64,000 bases of DNA from Squalus acanthias (Eukaryota), in contig CM059432.1 in assembly GCA_030390025.1 (NCBI GenBank), positions 153,514,001 through 153,578,000 of the forward strand, given 5' to 3'. The notes beneath the pieces are model-generated. The model had not been told where the DNA came from. It did no database searches and saw only the letters and a list, made by a program, of their open reading frames with translations. Shown here one piece after another: positions 48,435 through 61,829 of the stretch. The position numbers and the translations under genes were made by a program. Each line of letters begins with the position of its first letter. Position 1 is the first letter of the stretch.

Positions 48435-51350
48435 GGCCTAGAAATTTGAGTAGGCCGTAAACCTGCCATTACCACCGCGGGCTGAAGTTAACAGCTGCCC
48501 GCAATAAAAGCGCAGGCAGCACTGGTATTTTGGTGCTACCTTCTGATTAAAATTAGCGCAGCGCAAAACCTGTAGTGCAACACTCTTTTTCCGGCGATAG
48601 TCTCTGCAGGAGGCCCAAGGTAGCGTGGCCGTAGCGTCCCCGGAGCAAGGCAGCGTTCTCTTAAAGCTAGCCTGTTATTTTAGAAAGCAGTGTCGATCCC
48701 TTAAAGGGGAACTGCCTTCTAAAATGAAAAAAATAAAAATCATTTAAAAATAGACAGTCTTTAGCCCTTAGGGCTCAACTGCCTTCTGAAAAAAAAAACA
48801 TTAAAAATAATTCCGAAATGACAGACTTCAGCTCTTAAAACTGAACTGCCTTCAACACATAAAAAAAGGTAAAATTGCTTCAACACTAATACAAATGGCT
48901 CAACAAGCCAGGGAGGGGCACCCAGGGTCTCGTACGCAGCACTCCAGCTTTGTCCAGGGGGTCAATACTGCAAGAAAGGTCCTCTACCCACAGGGGCCAG
49001 GAGGGCCTCCAGAAAGTACGATGTGGAACCAGATCACCGAGGCGTCACTGCCAGCAGTATCGTCCGTACGACCTAGCTCCAGTCCCCAAAGAAGCTTCAT
49101 GACCTCAGACCATCTTCAAAAGCTGTCTCCTACCAACTGCACCACTAGCCTAGTGTAGAGGAACAGAGGGACCTTGGAGTGCATGTCCACAGATCCCTGA
49201 AGGTAGCAGGACAGGTAGATAAGATGGTTAAGAAGGTATACGGGATACTTTCCTTTATTAGCTGAGGCATAGAAGAGCAGGGAGGTTATGCTTGAACTGT
49301 ATAAAACACTAGTTAGGCCACAGCTCGAGTACTGCGTACAGTTCTGGTCACCACACTACAGGAAAGATGTGATTGCACTAGAGAGGGTACAGAGGAGATT
49401 TACAAGGATGTTGCCAGAACTGGAGAATTTTAGCTATGAGGAGATTGGATAGGTTGGGGTTGTTTTCTTTGGAACAGAGGAGGCTGAGGGGAAACTTGAT
49501 TGAGGTGTATATATTTATGAGGGGCCTAGATAGAGTGGATAGGAAGGACCTATTTCCCCTAGCAAAGAGGTCAATAACCAGGAGGCATAGATTTAAAGTA
49601 ATTGGTAGAAGGATTAGAGGGGAGTTGAGAAGAACTATTTTCACCCAGAGGAACTCACTGCCTTAAAGGGTGGTAGAGGCAGAAATGCTCATCACATTTA
49701 AAAAGTACTTGGATCTGCACTTGAAGTGCCGTAACCTACAAGGTACAGACTAAGAGCTGGAAAGTGGAATTAGGCTGGATAGCTCTTTTTCGGCCAGCAC
49801 AGACACGATGGGTCAAATCGCTTCCTTCTGTGCCATAAAGTTCGAAGATTCTATGATTCAAGCCTCACACACTGCTCATTGCACAACTCCCCCCCACCCC
49901 AATCACTCACCTACCAACAATCTGTACCAAAAACAAGACACACCTCACATTTCCAGCTTCACCTCACCCCCTTAGAGGAGATGGTGCTGGCCATTCTTGG
50001 CAGGGGCATGGCTGAGCTCTTGGCCAGTGGCGGGGCAGAAAGGATACAAGATGCTGGTATCCTCATACGTTATCCTCCTTCTCACATCCCACTTCTTCCT
50101 CATCCCACAACCTCTTCTGATTTACAAAGAGCGCATGGTGCAGCCTGCCCTCCCCTCACCACAACTCTACCGTTGTGCCGTCCTCATTTCACAACCCAAG
50201 AAATCCAGCCTGCCCAGCCAGAGGTTGACCAAGAAGAGGGAGAGGAGAGTGATGAAGAAGAAGAAGAAGAAGAAGGAGAAACACGGTCACTCAATTTCAC
50301 ACTCCCAGCCGCCAGCTTCTCAAGGTCGTCCTGCAAGGCTATCTGCAGTGTCCCCTACTGAAAGTCAGCAGCCTTACGCCAGCCATGCTTCAGCCACTGG
50401 GGTAGCACTGCATGACATCACTAGGATAGGCAAAGGCACACACAAGACAGTCACTAAGGGAATACACAAGGGTGATTAGTTGATTTCGTGATGTCATATT
50501 GGGTGGATAGATGTATAAAGTTGGACTGGAAAGGTTGCTTTGTGGTGGGTTTTATTTCAGCATTGTGGCCAAGAGGACTCTATTATGGTTAGTTACAGAG
50601 GGAAGGTAAGGTGTGGGACAAATGTTGAAAGGGGAATTGGGGTTGTGGTCACTGGCAGGAAGATGATTCCCAGATATCCCGGCCAGAAAGGGGCTGTCTG
50701 GGTTGCATCCTTCCTTCTGCTTCCTCTTCTTCTGCTTCTTCCTCTTCCCTCTGCGAGCAGATGCTCGAAATCTGAAATAAAAGCAGAAAATGCTGGAAAA
50801 ACTCAGCAGGTCAGGCAGCATCTCGCTCGAGATGTTAACTCTGTTTCTCTCTCCACGGATGTTGGCTGACCTGTTGAGTATTTCCAGTATTTTCTGTTTT
50901 GTCAGAGGCCATCCTTTACCATCCGAAGCCTTGCAAGCTTCCAGCAGCCCTTCCTGCACCTTTAAAAACTTTTAACATCTATTGCACAAAGCCACTACTT
51001 CAACAAAATATTTTTTTAAAGTTCAAAAGCTTAAATCCAAACTTAGCTGAAAGATGTGTGTGCCTTTTAAGAAGCACTGACAGCGTCTCTGCAGGGCTGC
51101 TTCACGCACGCCTTTTTCTGTGCATGCCAAGGACCGGCGTTAAGGCATATGAAAACATCCAAGTTGGCAGTCGTGGTGTCAAGTAAGGCGTTGCGATCTG
51201 CTACTTCACATTTCAAGAGCCAGCGCTGTCAACTGCAGCACGAAGGCCCTTACCAAAATGGTGTCCTGCACCAGAGACGGCCAGAAGCGAGGCAGCTGCC
51301 TTTTTTTCCCCAGAGAACCAGCGTTAACGACTGGCGCTCAGGTCCATAAT
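48435..51350 (+). mobile_element. Internally deleted Harbinger, family H2 (copy 2)
   Basis: Starts GGCCTAGAAATT; collinear with 15747-18674 including Myb remnants and the foldback insert; right TIR degraded. Confidence 0.82.
49152..49860 (+). mobile_element. CR1 LINE 3' fragment inserted in H2 copy 2
   Basis: ORF 49436-49666; subfamily similar to 40540-43083. Confidence 0.9.
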
Positions 51351-51369
51351 TCTACTCAGCTACTGGTGA

Positions 51370-51870
51370 AAGACTAGAAGAAATACTTGTGTTTATATAG
51401 CATTTTATGTTGTCATAAGGTTTTAAAGCAGCAAAGTAACTGTTCTTAAGTAGGCAAGCACAGCAGCCGTTCTGCACCCTTGTGCCTCAAACAGAAATGA
51501 GCTGAAAGAGCAGTTAATGTTTTCTTTTGTGATCTTGGTTAGGTAGGGATATTGGACAGGTCACCAGGACTGACTGCTCTTGAATCATATCTTAAGATCC
51601 TTAACATCCACCTGAACAAGTAGAAGGGTCCCCAGTCCAACATCGGAACATAGGAACAGGAGTAGGCTATTCAGCCCCTCGAGCCTGTTCCACCATTCAA
51701 TGAGATCATGGCTGATCTGTATCCTAACTCCATCCACCCGCCTTGGCTCCATGCAGAATACTGCACTGAAATGTTAGCCAGGTTTGTGTGCTCAAGTCCT
51801 AGAGTGGAATTCAAACCCACAACCTTCTGACCCAGAGGCGAGAGGTCTACTGACCGAGCCAAGCTAACAC
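51370..51870 (-). mobile_element. Degenerate DeuSINE interrupted by a CR1 tail (about 51646-51752)
   Basis: Homology to 44250 and 46640 copies. Confidence 0.7.
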
Positions 51871-52311
51871 ATAAGTTGGCCATGACAATGCTCGTTTATT
51901 ATGATGCACAACTGTTTCTGCCTTTCTCTAACAGTTAACACTGCACTTTATAATTTAGACAGCTCATTAACTACAACGCAATGTGCAGGTGTGTCATTAA
52001 ATTACATATCACAGCTCATAAGAAAATACAACATGCTGTGGCATGTTATAATAGTTAATTTCTGATATTTTTATAACTTCCTTTTACTAAGTGCTACATT
52101 GATTTTTTTTTTAAAGGAAACCAAGTCTTAAAATAATATTTATTTCAAACTGTGAAATGACTTCTTATGCTTTATCATTGCAAATCAATGCATGATGTAA
52201 AGTGTGATTTTGTAAGAACAAGGACCCCACCATAAACCTGATAATAAAAATTGTATCAAGATGTGAAATAACGCAATCTCTAAAAGGCTGCAAGGTAAAA
52301 TATCAACAGAT

Positions 52312-52715
52312 AAAGAAACTGCAAATGCTGGTATTCTGAAATAAAAGCGGAAAATTCTGGAAGTACACAACAGGTCAGTCAGAATGTGTAAAGAGAAAGA
52401 TAGATTAACCCTTCATCAGGACTACCCTGAACAGATAAAGTATAACAACTTCACACCAAGGGTGGTGAATGTTTGGAGTGGATGGCCCAGGGAGGTGACA
52501 GAGGCTGATGACATCAGTAATTGTAACAAGGAGTTGCGCAGGCTTTGGGGAGAAAATAAATCGAGGAATGTAGTTGGTGCATTGTGTACTCTAATTTTTG
52601 AACTCTGATTCCAACCAGATGGCCTGAGATGGTCTGTGCTTTCTGAAAAGTTAACCTGTCCTCTTCGCAGTGCTGACGGAGCCGCTGTGTATTTCCAACA
52701 TTTTCTGTTTCTATT
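52312..52715. repeat. Degenerate Penelope-like foldback arms (52312-52420, 52640-52715) around an old CR1 scrap
   Basis: Arms resemble 18084 and 45570; minus-strand CTGATGAAGGG at 52409-52419. Confidence 0.5.
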
Positions 52716-53009
52716 TAAAGTATCAACAACATGGCATCACAGTGACTTTACAGGTCAGTTCAAACTGTGATTTACACAAGTTCCCCTTGATCCACTCAGC
52801 TTTCCTGTCTAATGAGCTGTTCAGTGAGTACAAATTCCCAAGTAACGTATTGTCACGCTGTGTCACTGCTTTTCTTTGCAAGGCAAAGCTGAGTGCATTT
52901 ATCATGTTGGTTTTATTATAGATTATACAAAAGAGGTACAACAAAAAAGTTCTAACGTGCTTTTAAAAGCAAGCACAAACATTACAAAACATGCTAAAAG
53001 TTAACTAAA

Positions 53010-53120
53010 AAGAAAAATTTGCATTTATATAGCGCCTTTCACGACCACCAGACGTCCCAAAGCGTTTTACAACCAATGAAGTACTTTTTGGCGTGTAGTC
53101 ACTGTTGTAATGTAGGAAAC
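53010..53120 (-). mobile_element. DeuSINE 3' fragment
   Basis: TTTATATAGCGCCTTTCACGACCACCAGACGTCCCAAAGCG.. matches the SINE tail. Confidence 0.75.
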
Positions 53121-53367
53121 TGGGAAGAAAGCAAATGTATCTAGCGATCATTTTGCTGCAGGAGCTGGAAGATTATGAACTGCTCATTATTCCGCAAGTC
53201 AGGTGCCAACATGGAGGCTGGCCTCGATCAAAGAGTACAGTCCATAAGTCAGAGCCTATCATTATCTAACTATTTAATGGTGGCATGTAGAGGAACAGAG
53301 GCCAAGCTGGCTGATTCATGGATCACATTCCTCCATCTGCCCGGAAATGGAGCTTTATTAACACTTT

Positions 53368-53617
53368 GGGCTGTATTTTGATACTGGGGCGGGTTGGGGT
53401 CGTGTCATCCACTTTTCGATTATCCACCCGACTGCAATTGGATGTGGGAGATTGATGCGATTTTCACCTAATTGGGTAATTGAGTTCCAGCATGTGGGAA
53501 CCCATGAACCAATTAATGTTTTCAGTCTGAAAGTTGCCTCTGATGATGCCATCATTACTGCTGCATTGAATGTCTTCAGTGAGAGGACCTGGATGCAAAA
53601 TGAGCAGCAGCAGCCCT

Positions 53618-53648
<31 letters not shown>

Positions 53649-54048
53649 AAGGCAAAATGAGCAGCAGCAGCCCTGGGTCTGCTCCCAGATATTTTTCCTA
53701 CTACTACTACTCCGTTGTAATAGTGGACCTGCAGCTGATAGTCAGCTTTCGAAATGTGCTCCCGCCAGGTTTCACAATCGTGGTTCAGAACAGGCGTGCT
53801 TCACGTAGAACAAGGGTTAAAATCACAAAGGCCTTTCAAAATGGCATTATAGAGCCAATTTAGTGCTTGCCTTAACAGCCTATCCCGCCTCTTAAAGGCG
53901 GGACGGAGTCGGGATCAGCAGACACGATTTAATGAAAATTGCGTGGAGGCGGGATGGAGGTGGACTTGTGCCCGCCCGCCAGTTTTCGCAATTTTAACCC
54001 CCCACATGCCTCCAAACCCGCCTCCACGGGTCAATGAAAATCCAGCCC
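53368..54048. mobile_element. Harbinger MITE, family M3, with (GA)n tract at about 53617-53645
   Basis: TIRs GGGCTGTATTTT / AAAATCCAGCCC, TSD TTT; collinear with 39800-40536. Confidence 0.88.
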
Positions 54049-55594
54049 TTTATTATTCCCTCATATTAATTTGGTCATACCTGAGGAACACAGTGTGCTG
54101 GTGAGAACAAGTTCTGTACCAATATCACTGGACAGGTTTTTTAAGCTAGCAATAAATAATACTACCGCTAATAATATGAGAATGGGTGACGTGGGAGAAT
54201 ACAAATAATAATAGTGAGGAAAGACAGGGTCTACCAGAGAGCGTTGGATGCTACTGACAGCATTCACATATGGAACTTCCTGAATTTTAAGCAACAGGCT
54301 TGCATCGTCTTGTATTTAAGCTGAATTATGATATATTATTTTACTGTAGGATTTCCCACATGTCTCTTTCTCATGTTTTCATTTCCTGTACAAATTAGGA
54401 AATATGAACTATGGGCTCTGTCTGCGCAATGCCTCATTATTATCTTGTCAGACATTTACTGAAATGCCACCTGTGTATCTGAGTCAAGACTTGCAGTCAA
54501 CGAGACATTATTATCATATTTGCAAATTGGTATTTTTCTTGAAATTTGGAAAACAAAACCGCCAAAAAATGGGGGCAGCTGTTGCACATGATTTAATTGG
54601 GAACGCAATATTCCTTCTGCTACCCTCATTGATGAAATTATTTCCAAGGAATGTTTCTCTCCCCCGCCCCAACAGTTGTTAAATAAACACCTGCACCCTG
54701 CAAAGATGGCAATAGCGATTGTGTTTGGTCAACTAAAGGATAGTTTTTCAACTCCTTTTGAAAGCCCATAAGACCAAACACAGGATTATTCCCTCTCTGG
54801 TCATAACATTGCTTGTGCTCCACAAGATTGTGAGCAACCAAAGGATCTCCTTTAGCTAACAGGCTCCTATCTATAACCACTCTGATGGCTACTCCAAGGG
54901 CACAAGAAGCTGACTGCAGGTTATCAAGGAGGCTAAAACTCATATAATTAGTAACCATTAAACAAATTAAAAATCCTACTTTGTACTGTCTCCATAGTTT
55001 TCCTCAACCACATGCCAACTGTAGCTGACAGGAGGAGTAGACGACCCTCCTCCAGGCCCCCATGAATATTGTTTTGAGATACTCAGAAGGCCTGGAGATG
55101 TATCCACCTTTGATTTTCCCCTTCTTATAGGAGCGCACCTGGCATGCACTGAGTACTCTCTCACGGTGATATGGCAGAGACTGGGAATCCAACAGGAATC
55201 AAACCCATGTTTCACTGCTTCTGCCCACCATGCCATCCCACCTCAGTCCTATTTTTAAGAAAATGTTTGAGACCAGTTAAAAAAAAACTGGAAAAAAACC
55301 CGTAAATTCGCCAGATTGATTTCCTGCCTTCTGTTCTTCACTAAGATTGCACAAAGATTCGCACTCGAAATGGGAAAAACCAACAGGCAGAAAAAGTAGG
55401 TCTACTTGCAAAATATACTTTATTAGCTGCCTAAAGTGGGGAAAGTGGGCGTCGTTATAGAGCAGATAGTTGGTTCTCCTCCTTGTTGTTCTGTAGGATC
55501 TTCATTGATGAGTAAATTTTTTGCTTGATTTATGTCTGATGGCCCAGGTGGAGTCATTATAGCAGCAGAGGGGGAAAGCATTAGAATCGTTGCT

Positions 55595-55780
55595 GCAAAA
55601 GGTGCATTTATTGAAGCAGAATCCATAAATTCTTTTAAAAGAGAATTAGATAGTTGATTGGAAAGGAGGAATATTAAAGGGTATTGGGCGTGAGCAGGAG
55701 AGTGAGATTGGACTAGGTGGTTCATGGAGAGAAACACCAGCACAGACTTGATGGGCCAAATGGCCTGTTTCTGTCCTGTA
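55595..55780 (+). mobile_element. Old CR1 3' fragment
   Basis: EAESINSFKRELD region and GGGCCAAATGGCCTG tail. Confidence 0.65.
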
Positions 55781-57021
55781 ACCACAGCTTAAAAAAAACT
55801 GAAACAACCACAAAAAATCTGCCAACTCAAAATAAACAACAAGCAACTAAAAAACATTCCTGTATAAAGGTCGATGACCAAGCCCACTGCTTCAAGCCGT
55901 CTGAATAAGTTCAAATCCATTTTATTACATTGGATTTCAACAATTTTATTAGTGTGGTGGTAGGATCACATTCTGAAACTCAGCGTGAAATGTTGCTTCT
56001 CAGCCGCCCCACCCCGAAATATCGCACAATCTCCCCACTATTACCAGATCTGGATCCCATCGATGGAGTCCACGTATGGCCTGGTGCAGGCTGGAATGCC
56101 CCATCGCTCTTAGTGTATCAGCTGCCACTAAAACACCAGATCATGACTGAGGCTCAATAATGGAAATTCCAACTTAGGGAGTCCCTGCTCATCATTAGCT
56201 TTGCAAAGGAGGGGATACAAAAGTTCCACCGCTTACAAAGCAATGCAAAAACAGGCAGAAAAAGCAGGACTCCTATGTAACCAGGGCTTCCCCCATTTCT
56301 TTGCAGATTCTGCCAGTGTCTCACCAAGGTTAAAACAGAAGGTTGGTAGAACCCCCTTGGAATTTCAGGGCCTGTAAGTTTAGCATCAATCTGAAGCTAT
56401 ATCAGCTTCGCAGCAATGCTAAGCTTGTGGATCGTACATCGGGCGTTAAGGTTCGAGCTGACTCCAAAGTGAAGTGGAGTGGGACTTCGTCCTTTCGGGG
56501 TCCGACTGCAGACTCAGGCTGTATTTGCACTAGAAATCATTTCTCAGTAATATTATACTTGTAGTGTAAACACAGCCTAATGTGCAGAGCTAAAGGAAGT
56601 GCTTGTGTGCTCCCGCCAATAAAATGCTGCTCCTTTTCTTGTTCTGTGTATCTGGATCAGAGGCTCAAAGAATAGTCCGTGATAGTGCCTTGGGCCTGGC
56701 ACCCAGCACTTTGTCATCGGACAAACCATACCGGAAGGCATTCTAGCTGTTCCCTTAGTATTGTTGTTTCAGAGTCTCCTGCAAGTTCCCCAGAGTGGTC
56801 AATGGCTTTGGCCATCACTATTTAATGGGCACATTAATACTTTTTGTCAGAACTTTAGCAAAACATGTGAAAGTTTTAGTGAGTAAACCGCGAGTCTCAG
56901 AAATTGTTTATTAAATTGTTGGTGGTTTGACAAAAGTTCAGAACGCTTTGGAGAAAAAAAAGTAACATTTTTCCCATCACTCATTCCTTTGACTTGTCTT
57001 GAGTGTTACCACAAAATTGAT

Positions 57022-57184
57022 GGGGGATGAAATTGGTCTTCGGCAGCAACATAAACGGGCAATAACAAATTGGCAGCCCATTTTACTCATCAGCCAATAG
57101 GAAAAAAAAATAGTGTGAGGTGTAAAACGGGCTGCCAATTCGCTATTGCCCTTTTTGCGCTACCACCAAGACCAATTTCACCCC
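57022..57184. mobile_element. Short foldback MITE
   Basis: About 60-bp imperfect inverted arms (GATGAAATTGGTCTT..AATTGGCAGCCC / GGGCTGCCAATT..AAGACCAATTTCAC); relatives at about 21010-21152 and 63255-63352. Confidence 0.75.
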
Positions 57185-59219
57185 GTGTTTTCTACAAACT
57201 GAATTAAGATAACTCACATATTTCACTAAATATCCTTAAAAGGCATTCAAAAGAAGAGAATTTCATCCAAGCTGCCTGGATTGGGTTCAAACCGAGATTC
57301 CAGATGTGGTGGAGGAATGCTTCAACATATTGCTACCAATTCCCGGCAAAATTACAGCTGTAATGTAAGCAACTTTTAAACAAATATTAATATGTAGACA
57401 GATGACAGCTGCAAAAAGGGAAAAAAATGAAAAGGAAAAAACTACTTCTTATTTCTTTGGTCAAATCTGCACTAACCTGGGAATAATTGGGGTAAATTTT
57501 TGCCAGAAAAAAATCAACTGTAAACAGACCAATGACTGAAAAAAGGCCACATAATTAGAGAGAGAGAAACACAAGAACTTAATATCTGAGGATACAGATA
57601 CTGCATCATAGTTTAAATATTATTATTTCTAACTTTTGTTTCTCCAAATTTGTTTTTGTTTAACTTTCACTCTTCTTTGAACCAACATATCCTCATCAAG
57701 TAATTGAGCTAGACCAGCCATCTATGTGATACCATTTCATCAATGCCCATCTTTCGTTAACCTGCCAATAGGCAAGCTTGTGTTCTCTGTCCTGCAGAAA
57801 GTCTGGTTAAGACCTGCAAACGGATCTCCTAAAGAAATCCCAAGTGCAGTTTGGGCCTGGTATAAAGCAAACACTTTTTGTGAGGTAGTCTTCACACCTG
57901 CGCCATTTCAGGACAAGAGGCAAAGGAAGGAAGTGCATGCTGCAAAAGGCATTTTTTCAGTCCTATCATCTCAGAGAGATCGGTGATCAGAACTATTATT
58001 TGAGGTAAAGAGCAGTTTTTTAAAAAATGAGAATGTGTGCATTAGTAAATGCAGCGTAAGTATATACCCACTCTTCTGATGTGCACACGTGCAAAATATA
58101 ATAAAGTACAGCTGTGGCTGAAAGCTCGTAGTGTAAACAAGGGATCGTCACTCAATCTGAGACTGCTGAGTCTGGATTACAGCCATGGAACTCTGCAAGA
58201 GCAAGACACTGACTGTTTATTATACTCTCTGAAAATATGCATTATTGTGTCTAGATCTTACTTTTCCAGATTTTTTGTAAATATTGCTGCTGAACTATTA
58301 TATTGCCACTAGTGTTTTCTAATAGTTGATCTTATTTAATAGCACTGCACTGCGTACACCTTGAAGTAGCAAAACACCCAAAATTAGGAGCGATGCTAAG
58401 TTGTCCATTATTTTGCCAATTTTCCAAAAGGGGGCAAACAAATCAGACAACACAAGCCAAATAGCCAATAGCCAATATATAGAGAACAATTTAGGTATTG
58501 TTCTGTTCTGGCTTACAAGTATCCAAATTATGCTATGTCAATTTAAGTCAGCTTGATGTTAAGCACAATGATCCAATGTATCCTTAAATTTTCTTTGTAC
58601 TTTCAGAGTTTTCAATTGTGGACACATGCACAGTATATATATGATCCAAATTAGGTGTAAATGTAGGAAACTTTTTAAACAATTAGTCAATTTCCGTTGC
58701 ACACAGTAAATCGGAGAACATGGTCACTTTCTCACTTGTCTCTGCTGTCTTTGTGTTGCTGTTTCTCTCTATGTATTTCCTCTTCTGACTCTGACTCCTC
58801 TCTTCTGCATAACTCTCCTTTTTGCTTTTGTCTATGTCCTCTTCTGCTTCTTGCTCTCATGAATTCTTCTTTCCTTTCGGGCGGGTGGGGGGATGGCGTG
58901 TTGTGACAGATAAAAGGGTCACTAACAGCTGCAAGCTGCATTCAGGACGGGAATTGTGGGGAAAATGTGATCCTGAAGTGGCTCGCTTCCCATCCGCCGC
59001 CCCCGCCACCCTGCCTTCTCTGCATAAATGTTCTAGAGTTTTTTTAAGGGTTTTGCTGCTTGTTAAAAATACATGACTTTTTTTTAATTTAGACTTCTAA
59101 AATATTCAATTCACTTACATAAAAAGTGTTTAAATACAGTCTTTTATTCATGGTTATGATCAAACTTTCTTTTATTTAGTATAACTTTATAACTTATATC
59201 TTCCATCGCCCATAGAACT

Positions 59220-59449
59220 AATCAAAGCCTGCACGTGCAGGTTCCGACCAGCTCCCACCGAAAATGGCAATCGGGGTCCTATTTACGTCATAGGACCCTG
59301 ATTTCCATATTAAAAGGGTGCTATTGCCTGAAACAGGTGGGTGCTTTGTAAGACGGCGGTAGGCCCCTTTCAAAATGGAAGTTACTGACCCCATTTTAAG
59401 GACATTACTACCCCGTTAACGCCTGACAAAGGCAGTTAAAATTGACCCC
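59220..59449. mobile_element. Harbinger-like MITE fragment
   Basis: Ends GGCAGTTAAAATTGACCCC; palindrome GGGTCCTAT..ATAGGACCC resembles 20697-20720. Confidence 0.55.
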
Positions 59450-60197
59450 AAGGATGTTGCCTCCATTCTCCTGTGCTAACAGTTAACATATCTTTCACCT
59501 TATAGATTAATTAGTTATATATTTTCATTTATGGGTTAACTCCCACACTTCATTTTACATTATTCAAATTTAATATGCTTTAACTTTGTGCATCAATTAG
59601 TAGTGTCTGTTTTTGCCCTTTACTTAGGTTTCTGCTGAGAATGTCAACCATGAAGGAATCTCTTATTTCAAGATGGCCAAAATCTTTCTACTTCTACAAC
59701 AAACAAATTTGCTAGAGCTAAACTACATTCTTTATATCAAAAAAATTGGACAAAGATGCACCTTTATAGTTATCAAATTTTAATAACATTTTAATAAAAC
59801 ATTCACCATGCAGATTTTCATCTAGTAATCTGGCATCTAACACGTTGGACCCAGCTTAATATCATTGTTTAGCACTATGTAATTTTGGTGCTACTGCAAA
59901 TTATTGTTCGCTTTATTGCATAATCTTGGTATTGATGCGTTCTAATATTGTACAGCACACAACTTTGTGCCAAACCCATCAGGTGCAAGTTATATATGTA
60001 CCGAGTAAATGGTTGATGGCATTTCTGAGCTGGGTGGAAACTTTCATTTTAAGTAAGGATTTGAGAAGCAACTCTATTTCGTTAAATACTGGAGGGTGGC
60101 TCAGCCACCACGGAAAGCAGTTCCTGTGCTTCTTGAGCAAAAATAATTTAGTCTCCAAAAACAGTAACTAGGAAGTTACAACAATAGTAGACTTTTA

Positions 60198-61435
60198 GGG
60201 CTCGATTTTAATAGCCCTGAGGAGGCGGGTTTGGAGGCGGGTTGGCAGTGAAAATCGGAAAAAATGGCGTCGGGCTGCAACCCCGCCTCCATCCTGCCCC
60301 CACGCGATTTTCATAAGTGTTGGGTCAGCCGCTCCCAAACTGACCCGACGGGAAATGGTGGGACAGGTAGTTAAGGCAGTTAACAGCCTGTTAACTGCCT
60401 TGCTAATCCTATTTTTATAGAAGTTTCTGATTTTCGTGCTTCTGCCCTTTTTTCCCATCTTTCCAGAAACACGCCAGCTGCAAGGAGACAAGTTTCTTGA
60501 GGACATGATTTGTAGTCATTGGTGGTGCAGTTTAAAAGCACTCCTGTAAAATGGCTGACATTCAAATGCAACAACTTTGTTGTTGGAGGTTTGGGATAAG
60601 ATTTTGCAAATCTGACCTTTGTGTCTGTTCAAGCTGACATCCATCTGCAGTGTGACCTGATTGGAATAATTTCAGGCCGCTTCGACTGTGCGCTTGAAAG
60701 CTTCTTGCCTCAACTGAAATATATAGCAATGGGATGGGAACCATTTACATCCTCTCATCCTGGTCGTCAGATTCGGAGGAAGAGCAGCTGCAGCAGCTCC
60801 ACAACCAGTCACAACAGCAGCACCAGCACCAGAAGCACCAACCTGCTCCTCACCCACCTGATGCTGCACAGGGCGGAGGGCCTCAGCGCAGGGCTGCACC
60901 TCGCCGCAGGAGATACCCCCAACACAGGGTTTACAGGCAGAGAATCAGCTTCCTCAGTATGACTGAGCAGCAGTGCCAAAGGAGGCTGAGACTTTCGAGA
61001 GAGGTAGTCGCTGACATCTGCGCAATGCTGCACCAACACCTGGAGGCCAGAGGAACAGGTGGACACTCCTTACCAGTGGCTGTCAAAGTCACCACCGAAC
61101 TCAACTTCTTTGCTTCGGGCTCCTTCCAGGGATCAGCTGCAGACATCAGCGGCATCTCCCAGTCGGCCGCACACACCTGCATCACGCAGGTCACCGATGC
61201 CCTCTTTGCAAAGGCGCACAATTACATCCACTTCTCCATGGATGGCCCAAGTGTGACCGTGCGTGCGGTATGGCAGGCTTGCCAATGGTGCAGGGCGTCA
61301 TAAACTGCACACATGTAGCCATTAGGGCTCCCTATCACAACCCAGCTGTATTTGTCAACTGCAAGGGATTCCACTCCCTGAACGTCCAGCTGGTGTGTAA
61401 CCACAGGAAGATAATCATGCATGTTTGCGACCACA
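60198..61435 (+). mobile_element. Left part of a Harbinger (H3; terminus shared with MITE family M3)
   Basis: TTA|GGGCTCGATTTT terminus, about 100 bp similar to the M3 end; followed by transposase. Confidence 0.85.
60734..61435 (+). pseudogene. HARBI1-like transposase N-terminal half, frameshifted and truncated
   Basis: [41 protein letters not shown], then in another frame [29 protein letters not shown]. Confidence 0.9.
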
Positions 61436-61765
61436 TTGATGGGTGATGGGTGAACAGGACTTGGTGTGAGTTAGGACACGGGCAGCAGAGTTTTGGATCA
61501 CCTCAAGTTTACATAGGGTAGAATGTGGGCGGCCAGCCAGGAGTGCATTGGAATGGTTAAGTCTTAACTTAAATTTACTTAACTTCAATTACTTTAAATC
61601 TATGCCCCCTGGTTACTGACCCCTCTGCTAAAGGAAATAGGTGCTTCCTATCCACTCTATCTAGGCCTCTCATAATTTTATACACCTCAATTAAATCTCC
61701 CCTCAGCCTCCTCTGTTCCAAAGAAAACAACCCCAAGCTATCCAATCTTTCCTCATAGCTAAATT
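61436..61765 (-). mobile_element. Two LINE scraps (probable L2-type 61436-61565; CR1 61595-61765)
   Basis: Second piece is the reverse complement of sequence like 49430-49600; first piece is assigned by recognition only. Confidence 0.6.
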
Positions 61766-61829
61766 AAGCAGTGTGTCAGGCTAGTGGTGCAGTTTGTCGG
61801 ATACGGCATTTGAGGATGCATTCACTGAC

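Noticed and set aside
56480..56520. Hammerhead-like CCGAAAGGACGAA on the minus strand
   Set aside because: No CUGANGA correctly placed before stem II and no GAAA after it.
58732..58941. Charged minus-strand ORF as host exon
   Set aside because: Low-complexity purine-rich tract with no convincing splice acceptor.
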